A stretch of DNA of 64,000 nt, from NCBI GenBank assembly GCA_002069885.1, contig MWCD01000004.1:81296-145295 (forward strand), in the 5' to 3' direction. Below the pieces are notes generated by a model that did no database searches, was not told where the DNA came from, and was given only the letters and a program-made list of their open reading frames with translations. Source of the DNA: a bacterium ADurb.Bin236. GTDB lineage: Bacteria > UBP15 > UBA6099. This document shows positions 39,065 to 48,435 of the stretch, one piece after another; within the stretch, counting starts at the first letter, position 1, and each line of letters starts with the position of its first letter. A program made the translations under genes and the position numbers.

Positions 39065-39442
39065 CTAAGCTTTCCAGAGACCGTGCAGGTTGCAATACTC
39101 GCGCACTGCCACTTCCCCGTCCGCCTTGAAGCAAATCTCCGCCTCCGGAGCCATGCCGGGTTCGAGGAACACTCTGCACGTCCTGCCGCCGGAGATCACT
39201 TGTATCCATTCAATCCAGTGTTTCTCCTCCATCGGATGCGGGACCGACCCGACTTTGACCACGTAACCGTCGGTTGTCTTTTCGGCGACGGGCACGTGCT
39301 TCTCTTTCGACGCGTCCACCGTGTTCTCGGTGAACAGGATCATTTCCTTGCCGCAACATTCGAGAGAGCCTTTGCCCCCATGTAGAACTTCCACGATATT
39401 GCCGCACATCTCGCATTTGTAAACCTGAAATCTTTCAGCCAT
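39065..39442 (-). CDS. dfx: Desulfoferrodoxin (2Fe superoxide reductase)
   Basis: [32 protein letters not shown]. Confidence 0.97.
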   Translation of the reverse strand: MAERFQVYKCEMCGNIVEVLHGGKGSLECCGKEMILFTENTVDASKEKHVPVAEKTTDGYVVKVGSVPHPMEEKHWIEWIQVISGGRTCRVFLEPGMAPEAEICFKADGEVAVREYCNLHGLWKA

Positions 39443-39526
39443 TTCTTTGCTCCCTTCACTGAATATATTTTCTTATTATATTCGCGCGCCGCCCGGTTTT
39501 CAATCGCCGCCGCGCCATTCACTTCT

Positions 39527-40084
39527 TCAATGCTTCGTTTCCGTTTTTGCCTCAATCATGTCTTTCATCATCTTGCGCGCCCTGAATATCCTCGATTTCA
39601 CCGTCCCTATCGGCAAATCAAGGATTTTCGCCACTTCTTCATACAAATATCCTTCAAAATGAAATAACGAAAAAGGCATCCTGAATGAGTCGGGCAGAGA
39701 GTACAACATCCTCTCTATCCCATTGTCTATATGAGTTTCCATGAAAACTTTTTCGGGGTTTTCAGCGTAATGAACCGCGCTCTCCGCCACAGCGTGATAT
39801 ATGATATTCTCGCATTCGCCGTCCGAAAAATCGCATTCCATCTTCCTCTTGTTCTTGTTCACGTTGTTTATGTGGGTGTTAATCATTATCCGACTCATCC
39901 ATGCTTTGAAATTAGTTCCCAGTTCGAATTTGTCCCAATAGTTGTAACCCTTCAACAGCGTTTCCTGATACAGGTCTTCTGCGTCTTGTATGTTGCGGGT
40001 CAGGCTGACTGCCTGCGACCATAATCTGGTTCTTTCCCGCTCCACATATTCTGTGAATTCCATGTATTCTTCCGCGCCGTTCAT
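39527..40084 (-). CDS. ECF sigma factor (SigR/SigH-like)
   Basis: DAEDLYQETLLK, GTNFKAW (region 2), YEEVAKILDLPIGTVKSRIFRAR (region 4). The ORF track start at 40105 is also possible. Confidence 0.9.
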   Translation of the reverse strand: MNGAEEYMEFTEYVERERTRLWSQAVSLTRNIQDAEDLYQETLLKGYNYWDKFELGTNFKAWMSRIMINTHINNVNKNKRKMECDFSDGECENIIYHAVAESAVHYAENPEKVFMETHIDNGIERMLYSLPDSFRMPFSLFHFEGYLYEEVAKILDLPIGTVKSRIFRARKMMKDMIEAKTETKH

Positions 40085-40105
40085 TTCATCACCTCTCTGT
40101 TTCAT

Positions 40106-40306
40106 TCATTCCCATTTGTTTTTGTCTTTATGTTTCAAAATTTCCTCTTCCGCCATTTTCTTTATTTTGTATGCGCTATCTCTCACTACTCCGTACAAAA
40201 CGCCACAACTGTCGTCATTCCTGTCCTCATCGCCCTGTTCGGCGACTTGAAACATCTCGTTTGTGACTTCGAGAACTTTTTTCAGGTTTTCGTTGAATGC
40301 TTTCAA
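40106..40306 (-). CDS. Small helical protein (66 aa) with a single Cys
   Basis: ORF abuts the sigma ORF (stop at 40106, sigma ORF start at 40105); GDEDRNDDSCGVLYGVVRDSAYKIKK looks like a genuine conserved segment. Confidence 0.7.
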   Translation of the reverse strand: MKAFNENLKKVLEVTNEMFQVAEQGDEDRNDDSCGVLYGVVRDSAYKIKKMAEEEILKHKDKNKWE

Positions 40307-40740
40307 ATTGATGCCCTCGATATTTCCAAGTATTTGTGATTATTCTGTGTTTTTCCTCATCGGTTCGACATCCCGCTCCTTTATTAAGCAAACACTTAGC
40401 CAGATTGATGTCGATAGCCGCAATATTCGCAAATATCATTTGAAACAGGCAATATTTATTTTTCAACAGACATTGTCAAGATGTTCGTTAACTGTGACTC
40501 GTATCTGTATTTCGATACATATTTCAGCGGTATAATCGCCCATATCGATTGAAAAGACATGCAAAATATCTTTTAACAAGACTGATTTATTGATTTTAAA
40601 TCCAATGCGAAGTGTTTCACATCCAATTTGAGACAGTATTGTATTTTGAGACGGAATCGATGCTTTTTCATCGGAATTTTTGCGCATTTCGAAATTGATA
40701 ATTATTGATATGATATCGCGGTTAATGTAACATCTTTTTC

Positions 40741-42519
40741 ATGTCTGAAAATAAAGAGATGACGCAAACCGGATTGAGCTTAGAAAGAAGTTCCGTCCGA
40801 CCTGCGGCAAAGTATGCGATACTGCTGATAATTCTTTGCATTGCGGGACTCATCCGTTTTTGGCATCTAGGCATTCTGCCTAACGGGCTTCAGGTCGACG
40901 AGGCGTCGATTGCGTTCAATGCGTATCTTGTGGCTGAAACAGGGCGAGACGAGGCCGGGCAGCAATGGCCGCTCTATCCCCGCTCATCATGGAACCCGAA
41001 GCATCCTGTTTATTTCTATCCGGTCTTGCTCTCTGTCAAGGCTTTCGGTCTTAACGAAACAGCCGCCCGGATTCCATCCGTAATTTTCGGCCTAGCTGCG
41101 ATATTCCTAGTTTACTTTCTTGCAATCGCGCTGACGGGCGATTGGCGCACAGGCGCGGTCGCCGCGTTTCTTCTTGCCGTATCGCCATGGCACTCCCATT
41201 TCAGCAGGGTCGGATTCGAAGCTGTTTCCCTGCCCGCCCTGCTCTGCGCCGCTCTGCTGTTGGCTCTCAAAGGCGCCAAATCGGGTAAAGGTTTGGCGCT
41301 CATCGCGGGAGCTTTGTTTTTGGGACTGTCATTCTATGCGTATCCGGTTTCGCTTGCGTTCTGCCCTCTTCTTGCAGCTGGTTTCGCGTTGATATATCGG
41401 AAAGAACTTCGCAGGATCATTATTCCATCCGTTGCCGCGATTGCGCTTCTGACGGCGATGTATGTGCCGGCAGCGACAGTCTCTTTCAAGAAAACGGGCA
41501 TGGACGATTATTTTAACGATGTCTCTATCACAGGCCCGCGATTCGAGCGGAACGTTGCGGAGCATTTCTCGGTCGGCGGAAAAGAGCCGGAAGGCTTCAA
41601 AGCGTGGGTGGCCCAAGCGCCTGCCGCGCGCGCGGCGTACGGGTTCGTCACAAACTATATCGGGTATATGTCTCCGAATTTTTTTGTGATTCGGGGCGAC
41701 ACGACTTCCGGGGTGCATGGCCCGGCGTCGGGAGGCCAGATGCTGGCGGTTTCATACGCCCTTTTTATCGCGGGGCTGGCGGCGATTATCCCGCGTCTGC
41801 GCCGGGATAAATCCGCGCGTCTGATTCTCTGGTGGGTCTTGATATTCCCTGTCGCCGCGAGCTTGACAGACTGGGGACGCCAGCACGCCATCCGCTCCAT
41901 AACAGCGCTGCCTGTCATCGAAATAGTGGCCGCAATCGGATTAGTATCTTTGGCGACGCTATTGTCAAAAAGAACAAGTTTTTCATTCGCGGCGGTTGCC
42001 GCCGCCGCTTTGATTGCGGTGTCCGCCGACGCCTCGTCTCATTTCCATTCATATTTTACCAACTACCCCGCAGAATCCGCCGCTCCTTTCAAATACGGAT
42101 TCAGGGAAGGCTTTGAGTTTGTAAATAAGCGCCGGAACGAATATGAGTCCGTAATCGTCGCCGACTCGATCCCATATCTTCATTCATATATATTCTTTTA
42201 TAATCCGCCGGCGGCGAACCGTGTTGTCAGAAACGCCGCAACCGGAGCGCTGGACATTCAGGCGACATACCGCAACATCGGATTCGATGTCTGCGACGTC
42301 AGATTCTGCATTGAAACCGCGCCCGTCCCGGCTCTGGTCATGGGCAGACCTCAACAGTTGCCGGACGGCATCTACAAAATGAGGAACTCGGAAGGCTGGT
42401 TCGCGCTCGAACAGATTCGCATGATTAGTTTTCCAGACGCGATAGCCACGTTAAAAATATCGGAAGTGTCTCATATGACGCCGGAAGATGTTTTAAGGGC
42501 AAGCGAAAAAAATAACTAG
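40741..42519 (+). CDS. ArnT/PMT-like GT-C glycosyltransferase
   Basis: GLQVDEASIAFNAY, ARIPSVIFG, SPWHSHFSRVGFE, many TM helices, soluble C-terminus. Confidence 0.85.
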   Translation: MSENKEMTQTGLSLERSSVRPAAKYAILLIILCIAGLIRFWHLGILPNGLQVDEASIAFNAYLVAETGRDEAGQQWPLYPRSSWNPKHPVYFYPVLLSVKAFGLNETAARIPSVIFGLAAIFLVYFLAIALTGDWRTGAVAAFLLAVSPWHSHFSRVGFEAVSLPALLCAALLLALKGAKSGKGLALIAGALFLGLSFYAYPVSLAFCPLLAAGFALIYRKELRRIIIPSVAAIALLTAMYVPAATVSFKKTGMDDYFNDVSITGPRFERNVAEHFSVGGKEPEGFKAWVAQAPAARAAYGFVTNYIGYMSPNFFVIRGDTTSGVHGPASGGQMLAVSYALFIAGLAAIIPRLRRDKSARLILWWVLIFPVAASLTDWGRQHAIRSITALPVIEIVAAIGLVSLATLLSKRTSFSFAAVAAAALIAVSADASSHFHSYFTNYPAESAAPFKYGFREGFEFVNKRRNEYESVIVADSIPYLHSYIFFYNPPAANRVVRNAATGALDIQATYRNIGFDVCDVRFCIETAPVPALVMGRPQQLPDGIYKMRNSEGWFALEQIRMISFPDAIATLKISEVSHMTPEDVLRASEKNN

Positions 42520-42542
42520 AACAAAGAAGAGGAATCGCCGCG

Positions 42543-43505
42543 ATGTCCGACGAGAGAAAAAAGAAGGTTTTGCTGACAGGAGGCGCGGGAGGTCTTGGAG
42601 CGGTGTTCACGCCGAGGTTCGCCGCCGCCGGATTGAGCGTGAGGATGTTCGATCTGCCGACGCCCGTGAATGTCAAAACGTTCCGCTCGGTTCCGCCCGG
42701 TGTCGAGCTTTTCTGGGGCGACATTGCCGACGCGGCATCCGTTCGCGAGGCTGTCCGAGGGATGGACGAGGTTTTTCACCTCGCCGGCATCGTGCCGCCG
42801 CTGACGGAGACGAACCGGGGGCTGTGCATGAAGGTGAACGTGGAAGGAACTCGGAATATTCTCGCGGCGGCGGAAGAGGAATCGCGCGAGACCGGACGCC
42901 CTCTGCCGGTAAGGTTTTCATCGTCGGCGACAGTGCATGGAATCACTGTGAACGAGCAGCCGCCCGTCTCGGCAAATCACCCTCTAAGCGCCACCAGCAA
43001 TTACACCGAATCAAAAATCGCGGCGGAAAAGCTTGTGAAAGGCTACAGCGGTCCGTGGACGGTTTACCGCTTCACCGCCACTTTGTATCTCATCATCAGA
43101 AAAGGCGATTTCTCGCGCATGAAGATGATCCCGGCGGACACACGCGTCGAAGCCGCTCACCTGTACGATGTCTGCGACGCGCTGATTAACAGCGTCGGCA
43201 ATCCGGCGGCGGACAACAAAACATTCATTCTCGGCGGCGGCGAATCCTGCCGCATGCTTTACCGGGACCAGATAAAAAAAATGTTCGATATGTTCGGATT
43301 TCCGGAGCCTGACTGGAAAAAGTTCTCGACTGAGCCGTTCGCGCTCGACTGGTATGACACTGCGGAGGCTCAGGCGGTCTTGAACTACCAGAGCCGTTCA
43401 TTTGACGACTACGTGGATGATTTCAGGCGCGCGCTCGGCTGGAAATACTACGCCATCAGATATCTCGCCGCCCCACCCATGCGACTCCTCCGCATCCGCC
43501 TGTGA
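42543..43505 (+). CDS. NAD-dependent epimerase/dehydratase (extended SDR)
   Basis: LTGGAGGLG, HLAG, VNVEGT, SSATV, YTESK. Confidence 0.9.
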   Translation: MSDERKKKVLLTGGAGGLGAVFTPRFAAAGLSVRMFDLPTPVNVKTFRSVPPGVELFWGDIADAASVREAVRGMDEVFHLAGIVPPLTETNRGLCMKVNVEGTRNILAAAEEESRETGRPLPVRFSSSATVHGITVNEQPPVSANHPLSATSNYTESKIAAEKLVKGYSGPWTVYRFTATLYLIIRKGDFSRMKMIPADTRVEAAHLYDVCDALINSVGNPAADNKTFILGGGESCRMLYRDQIKKMFDMFGFPEPDWKKFSTEPFALDWYDTAEAQAVLNYQSRSFDDYVDDFRRALGWKYYAIRYLAAPPMRLLRIRL

Positions 43506-43605
43506 CACATTCAGCGCCAATCACGCGAACGCTTCGCATTCCGCTATTAAAGCCTGTAACAAAACGAAGTAGATATCAGTATGATGTATTGTATATTTCT
43601 CGAGT

Positions 43606-43678
43606 TTTTTTAGTAATCAGTTGGTAGAACATCAGATCTCCAAGCTGAGGGTCGCGGATTCGAGCCCCTTTTCTTGCT
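43606..43678 (+). pseudogene. Decayed tRNA-Gly-like pseudogene
   Basis: AGTAATCAGTTGGTAGAAC-ATCAGA-TCTCCAA-GCTGA-GGGTC-GCGGATTCGAGCCCC-TTTTCTTGCT follows the tRNA-Gly layout (TCC at 43639-43641). The 5' acceptor strand is replaced by a T run, and the D, anticodon and T stems have mismatches. Confidence 0.7.
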
Positions 43679-43692
43679 TTTTCACAAACAGT

Positions 43693-43711
43693 AATAATGA
43701 TAACTATTATT
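43693..43711. promoter_or_regulatory. Fur-box-like palindrome
   Basis: AATAATGATAACTATTATT, 15/19 match to GATAATGATAATCATTATC; not upstream of any gene here. Confidence 0.3.
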
Positions 43712-43742
43712 TGATATTTCGCTGGTTCCTGATGAGCTGATT

Positions 43743-44774
43743 CTATTTGTTTTTTATCAGTAATGCCGCATCTAACAAATCTGGTTTTGGGTGATCTTCA
43801 AGTTCGCTTGTGCTTCCATATCGTTCCCAGTTCATTTGCCACAAATACAATAATCCAACCGCCATCTGTTCCAAATAGACTCCGAGCGTCCATGCAATAC
43901 CTTCATACAGTATTACAAAAAACCAAACAATCGCCGGTATTGCTATTTTCAGTTTTGCCAGAACAAAAATAGGCAATATCGGTAAAAACATAATCAATAA
44001 TGCTAGCTCAGTTAATGTGTATGTTGTTAGAAATTGAATTGGGTGCTTTTTTATTATTGAGATTGCTTTGCTAATGGCCGAAGCCGGCCATTTATTTTCC
44101 CATGTTATTGCAGGCAATGCCAAAAATACAGTCATGCGAACAAGCTTTTCGAACATGCTTAATCCCAAGGTCCACCAAGTAGTTGGGCTGTTATCTAATC
44201 CAGCTAACGTCTCTGCCGCTCCCTGTAATGAAAAATCATCGTCTAAATCATCATCACCCCGACGCTTTATACACCTGATTATTACAATAACCCACCAGAT
44301 AAATGCCCAGACAATTGCAATTGGTATGACTTTTATCAAATCTCTAAATACAGCATCGAAAGTTGCTCTTACTAACGATATTTGTTTCCCGCTTTCCATT
44401 CGTTCAATAAACTCCAGCATAAACACATTCGATATACAGATCGATAGTGACATAATAAATATCATCACAAACGCAACAAAGCATTCAATAAGTACTGATG
44501 ATGTCGACTCATATACATATTTACCATACAACGTAACTGATGCAACAACTACCCATGAACAGAAAATCGGTAGTGCTAATATCGGTCTTTTAATTATCAG
44601 ATCAATAGATCTCTTAATTAATAACCATCCTTCTTTAAAACCAGTGCCAAGTTTACCCTTTTTCGCTGGCACCCGAACAATTTGCCTGCACGAAGTACAA
44701 TGCACCGTTCTACCGAGTTTGTCTTCCGATATATCAAAAATCATCTGTTTGCATTTTGGGCACCGTAAGTGCAT
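43743..44774 (-). CDS. AT-rich membrane protein with N-terminal zinc ribbon
   Basis: CPKC-x16-CTSC, then several TM segments; base composition clearly lower GC than the flanks. The ORF track start at 44810 is an alternative. Confidence 0.75.
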   Translation of the reverse strand: MHLRCPKCKQMIFDISEDKLGRTVHCTSCRQIVRVPAKKGKLGTGFKEGWLLIKRSIDLIIKRPILALPIFCSWVVVASVTLYGKYVYESTSSVLIECFVAFVMIFIMSLSICISNVFMLEFIERMESGKQISLVRATFDAVFRDLIKVIPIAIVWAFIWWVIVIIRCIKRRGDDDLDDDFSLQGAAETLAGLDNSPTTWWTLGLSMFEKLVRMTVFLALPAITWENKWPASAISKAISIIKKHPIQFLTTYTLTELALLIMFLPILPIFVLAKLKIAIPAIVWFFVILYEGIAWTLGVYLEQMAVGLLYLWQMNWERYGSTSELEDHPKPDLLDAALLIKNK

Positions 44775-45114
44775 AATTATTCTTCCTGTTCGCCAGATCG
44801 AGTCGTCCATATATTAAACCTTAAATGCGCCTGATGTGCAACAGTGTGTCGTCTTACAGCATGTTTCTTTTTACGATCACAGAAATCACCCACCATCCAA
44901 AACTACCGCTTACCATTAACAATCCAAAGTTGGCGGAGGGTCGGGCGGGGGGAGCGAGCGCGGTTTGGGACAATTCGCGGGCGTTTTGCGGATATTATAT
45001 GGAAAGCGGATGCGGCCCGGTTTTTACGCATTGCCGCGTTTCGGGCGGCGTGTTGTTTTTTTGTCGTTTTGATTATAATAAGTTCAAAGTCTTGCCGGTA
45101 AATCCGCGCGGCGC

Positions 45115-46731
45115 ATGGAGGATATGGTGTCCGACCTTTTGCTTCAACAGAAGAACGACCTGCTGAAACAGCTTATTTCGGTGATGAACACCACCATCAA
45201 GCTGGACAATATCCTGAGATATATCCTTGATTTGATTAACATGGTGACAACCGCCGAAGCCAGCGTCATCATGACCAAAGAAGTTCTCGAAGGGGAGAAC
45301 CTGACAGTGAAGGCGGTGGCGGGCGAGTTGAAAAAGACGCTTGTCGGCAAGGAATGGCCGATGAGCAAGGGGCTGATTTCCGAGGCGTACACTACCGCAA
45401 AGGAAAAGATTGTCAACAAGCCGTCCGCCGAGCCGGGCTATTCACCTGACATCAACACATTCCTAAACATCACGGTTAGCACGGCGATGGTTATCCCCCT
45501 CAACTCCGACGGGCGCATGGTCGGAGCTTTAGAGGTAATCAACAAAAAAAGCGGACTGACGTTCCAGCCGGATGATATGGAACTGGCGATGGTGCTGGCC
45601 GAACAGGCTGCGGCGCTTCTGGGCCAAGCGGCGGCGGTGAAAAGCACAGAAGCGCGCATTCAGCGTTTCAACGCGCTGCTCGGAGTGGCAAAAGAAATCG
45701 CGCAACTCGACGACCTGCATTCTCTTCTGTTGAGAATCATGAGCGCGGCGAAAAAAGTAATGCGCGCCGAGGCCAGTTCGCTCTTTCTAGTGGATGAAAA
45801 AACAAACGAGTTGTACATAGAGAACGCGCAGGGCGATGTGGGAGAGCAGATAAGCCAGATACGGCTGCCGATCGGTCGGGGAGTTGCAGGCTGGGTCGCT
45901 CAAAAGGGCAAACCCGATCTTGTGCCGGACGCATATCAGGATTCTCGCTTCAACCCGGAGTTCGACAAGAAGACCGGTTTCAGAACGAAGTCAATAGTTT
46001 GCGTGCCGCTGGAATTCAAAGGCAGGACGACTGGCGTCATACAAATCATCAACTCGATGGATAAAGAGGCGTTCGAGGAAGAAGACGTCGATTACATGGT
46101 GGCGCTTGCGGGACAGGCGGCGGTCGCCATAGAAAACTCCCGGCTTCTGAAGGAAAACAAGGAACTCTTCCTAAACGTCGTTATGTCGCTGGTCAAGCTT
46201 ATAGATTCAAGGTACAAATATTTCGCCGGACATTCGGTGAGAGTCGCCACGTACGCGTCGCTCACCGCTCGAATGATGGGGCTTACGGGGGACACTGTGG
46301 AGAGAGTGCAGATATCGGCGTTTCTGCACGATATCGGCAGATTGCAAATACCCGAACGCGTGTTGCTTAAGCCCGGCCCTCTGGCTCCCGAAGAAATCAA
46401 GGTTGTCAGGATGCAACCTTTGATAGGCGCAAAATTCGTGCAAGGCATCAAACAACTGGGTTACGCGGTTGAAGCGATTCTCGGCCACATGGAGCACTAC
46501 AACGGACAGGGATATCCGCGCGGACTCAAAGGCGAAGACATTCCTCTGTTCGGAAGGATAATAGGGCTTTGCAACGCGTTCGACGCGATGTGTTCCGAAC
46601 GACCCTACCGTCAGCCGATGGAGATGAACGCGGCGAGAGGCAAAATATCCACTATGGCGGGAAGCCAGTTCGACCCCAACGTGGTGAAAGCCTTCATCGC
46701 GGTGTATGACAAAGGCCTTATCAAACGATAG
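45115..46731 (+). CDS. GAF-GAF-HD-GYP cyclic di-nucleotide phosphodiesterase
   Basis: Two GAF domains (VIPLNSDGRMVGALEVINK; CVPLEFKGRTTGVIQIIN), then GHSVRV, LHDIG, HMEHYNGQGYPRGLKGEDIP, RPY. Confidence 0.93.
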   Translation: MEDMVSDLLLQQKNDLLKQLISVMNTTIKLDNILRYILDLINMVTTAEASVIMTKEVLEGENLTVKAVAGELKKTLVGKEWPMSKGLISEAYTTAKEKIVNKPSAEPGYSPDINTFLNITVSTAMVIPLNSDGRMVGALEVINKKSGLTFQPDDMELAMVLAEQAAALLGQAAAVKSTEARIQRFNALLGVAKEIAQLDDLHSLLLRIMSAAKKVMRAEASSLFLVDEKTNELYIENAQGDVGEQISQIRLPIGRGVAGWVAQKGKPDLVPDAYQDSRFNPEFDKKTGFRTKSIVCVPLEFKGRTTGVIQIINSMDKEAFEEEDVDYMVALAGQAAVAIENSRLLKENKELFLNVVMSLVKLIDSRYKYFAGHSVRVATYASLTARMMGLTGDTVERVQISAFLHDIGRLQIPERVLLKPGPLAPEEIKVVRMQPLIGAKFVQGIKQLGYAVEAILGHMEHYNGQGYPRGLKGEDIPLFGRIIGLCNAFDAMCSERPYRQPMEMNAARGKISTMAGSQFDPNVVKAFIAVYDKGLIKR

Positions 46732-46942
46732 CCTCTGCGCCCCTGCCCGCTCTTTCATCCATTTGCTATAGCGCCTTTCGATTATCATGTTTGACGTTAA
46801 GCTGCGATTCAAGACGCTTGCCAATGCAGTTTGCCATCTACGATAAGGGAAACCGCGGTTTTTCTTCGAGCATAAATAATTTGAAATTAATATGTATTTC
46901 TGATATGTTTTTTAATCGCAAGTGAATATCAAGGAGGATATT

Positions 46943-47401
46943 ATGGCCGACGCTAGAAATTTCAGGAAATATCTGGAAGAGCTTTCTGGAAATAATTATC
47001 TAAAGAAAAAAGTAAAATCTCTCGAGAAAAAGAACGAATCGCTCGAAAAAGAAATGAAGGAATTGAAGGAGCTTCTTAAACAAATCAAAACCAACATTCC
47101 CAAAGCTCTTCCCAAGCAAAAAGGGAGAAAACCTCGTCCGATGATAAGAATCATCGAGGACGAACTGGCGAAACAAAAAGACGGAAAGATGAAAGTCACC
47201 GACATCGTAAAGATGTTGAAGAGGAAGAATATAAAGTCAAAGACGCAGAATCTGTATTCGTCCGTGGCCGCATCGCTGGCGAACAGCCCGAAGTTCGAGA
47301 AAATCGGAAAGGGCGAATATCGTCTAAAATCAAAAGCTTCGGCTGCTCCCGCCAAGAAAAAAGTCGTTAAGATAGCGACGAAAGGCAAATCCAAGTCATA
47401 A
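46943..47401 (+). CDS. Basic coiled-coil plus winged-helix protein (candidate nucleoid-associated protein)
   Basis: AAGGAGG RBS; heptad region LKKKVKSLEKKNESLEKEMKELKELL; wHTH-like IIEDEL..MKVTDIVKML..LYSSVAASL..FEKIGKGEYRL; Lys/Ala tail. Confidence 0.75.
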   Translation: MADARNFRKYLEELSGNNYLKKKVKSLEKKNESLEKEMKELKELLKQIKTNIPKALPKQKGRKPRPMIRIIEDELAKQKDGKMKVTDIVKMLKRKNIKSKTQNLYSSVAASLANSPKFEKIGKGEYRLKSKASAAPAKKKVVKIATKGKSKS

Positions 47402-47449
47402 TCAAAGAGGCCGGCCTATCTGGGCGGCCCCGTAGTGTGTTGAGATTTC

Positions 47450-47486
47450 ACAAGCCTTCCCCTGAAAAGGAAGGCTTGTTTATATT
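47450..47486 (+). terminator. Intrinsic terminator
   Basis: ACAAGCCTTCC-CCTGAAAA-GGAAGGCTTGT, a perfect 11-bp stem followed by TTATATT. Confidence 0.7.
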
Positions 47487-47538
47487 ACAAAACTCATCGA
47501 TGAGCTAGACTCTGTCGGACAGTCAACGCGGCGAAGAC

Positions 47539-48435
47539 ATGAAGACGCTTATTTCAAAAATATCTATACTAATGGCGGCGGCGTTAATTATCGCGTCCAT
47601 TCCGGCGAAAACAGAGGCCCTAGTATGCAACGGGTCGAGCGCGTTGTGCGACAGGCGCTATGACGAGACAGTATTCGCAGGCGCTCACAATGCTATGTCC
47701 AGTGCGGACGCAGGATGGATTCTTCCCAATCATTATGTGGGAATAGAAGAACAGCTTGAGTTAGGCGTAAGAGCGTTGAATCTGGACATATACGTATACG
47801 CAGGAGAAGTATATATGTGTCATTCCGACTGCGCGTTCGGAAGAAGGTCGTTAAAAGACGCGCTGTCGGCGGTTAAAAGATTCATGGAGAATAATAAGGG
47901 GGAAATAATTACAATCAACTTTCAGGACGAGACGCGTGGCGAAATGGATGTGGCATCCGTGTTCGAGGAGGCAGGACTGTCGGAATACGCGAGCGAACAT
48001 AAAAGAAGAGAGAGTTGGCCGACGCTTCGCGAAATGATAGACTCCGGCAAGCGCCTCGTCGTCTTCGGCAATAGCGGATACCCTCGCGCCCCGTGGTTTC
48101 TTGTCGAAAGCGAACACGCATGGGCTTCGCCTTATTATGCTGAAACTATCAAGCAATTTGAGTGCGGAAACGCGGTGGAAGACCGTCAGGTTTATATACT
48201 TTCTCATTTTCTGACCGCGCCGTACGCGATGCCGCCCCTAGCCGCCAAAGCAAACAAGAAAGATATTATTGTCGGGCGCGCCGCGAGATGCTGGAAAGAA
48301 ACAGGGAGACGTCCCAACATTATTCTATTCGACTTCGCGACCGTCGGAGATGTTGTGGAAGCTGTTTCGATGTTAAATGAAATGCGCGACCCGTCAGACC
48401 TCCGCCCTGTGTCGCGACAGGAGCCACGAGAATGA
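47539..48435 (+). CDS. Exported PI-PLC-like phosphodiesterase
   Basis: Signal peptide; FAGAHNA, QLELGVRALNLD, MCH, EIITINFQD. Confidence 0.85.
   Translation: MKTLISKISILMAAALIIASIPAKTEALVCNGSSALCDRRYDETVFAGAHNAMSSADAGWILPNHYVGIEEQLELGVRALNLDIYVYAGEVYMCHSDCAFGRRSLKDALSAVKRFMENNKGEIITINFQDETRGEMDVASVFEEAGLSEYASEHKRRESWPTLREMIDSGKRLVVFGNSGYPRAPWFLVESEHAWASPYYAETIKQFECGNAVEDRQVYILSHFLTAPYAMPPLAAKANKKDIIVGRAARCWKETGRRPNIILFDFATVGDVVEAVSMLNEMRDPSDLRPVSRQEPRE

Noticed and set aside
40227-40687. Small ORFs in the AT-rich gap upstream of the antioxidant run, including a mini-ORF MSNR* after AAGGAG
   Set aside because: No motifs or support; better explained as a divergent promoter region. A leader-peptide role cannot be excluded but has no evidence.
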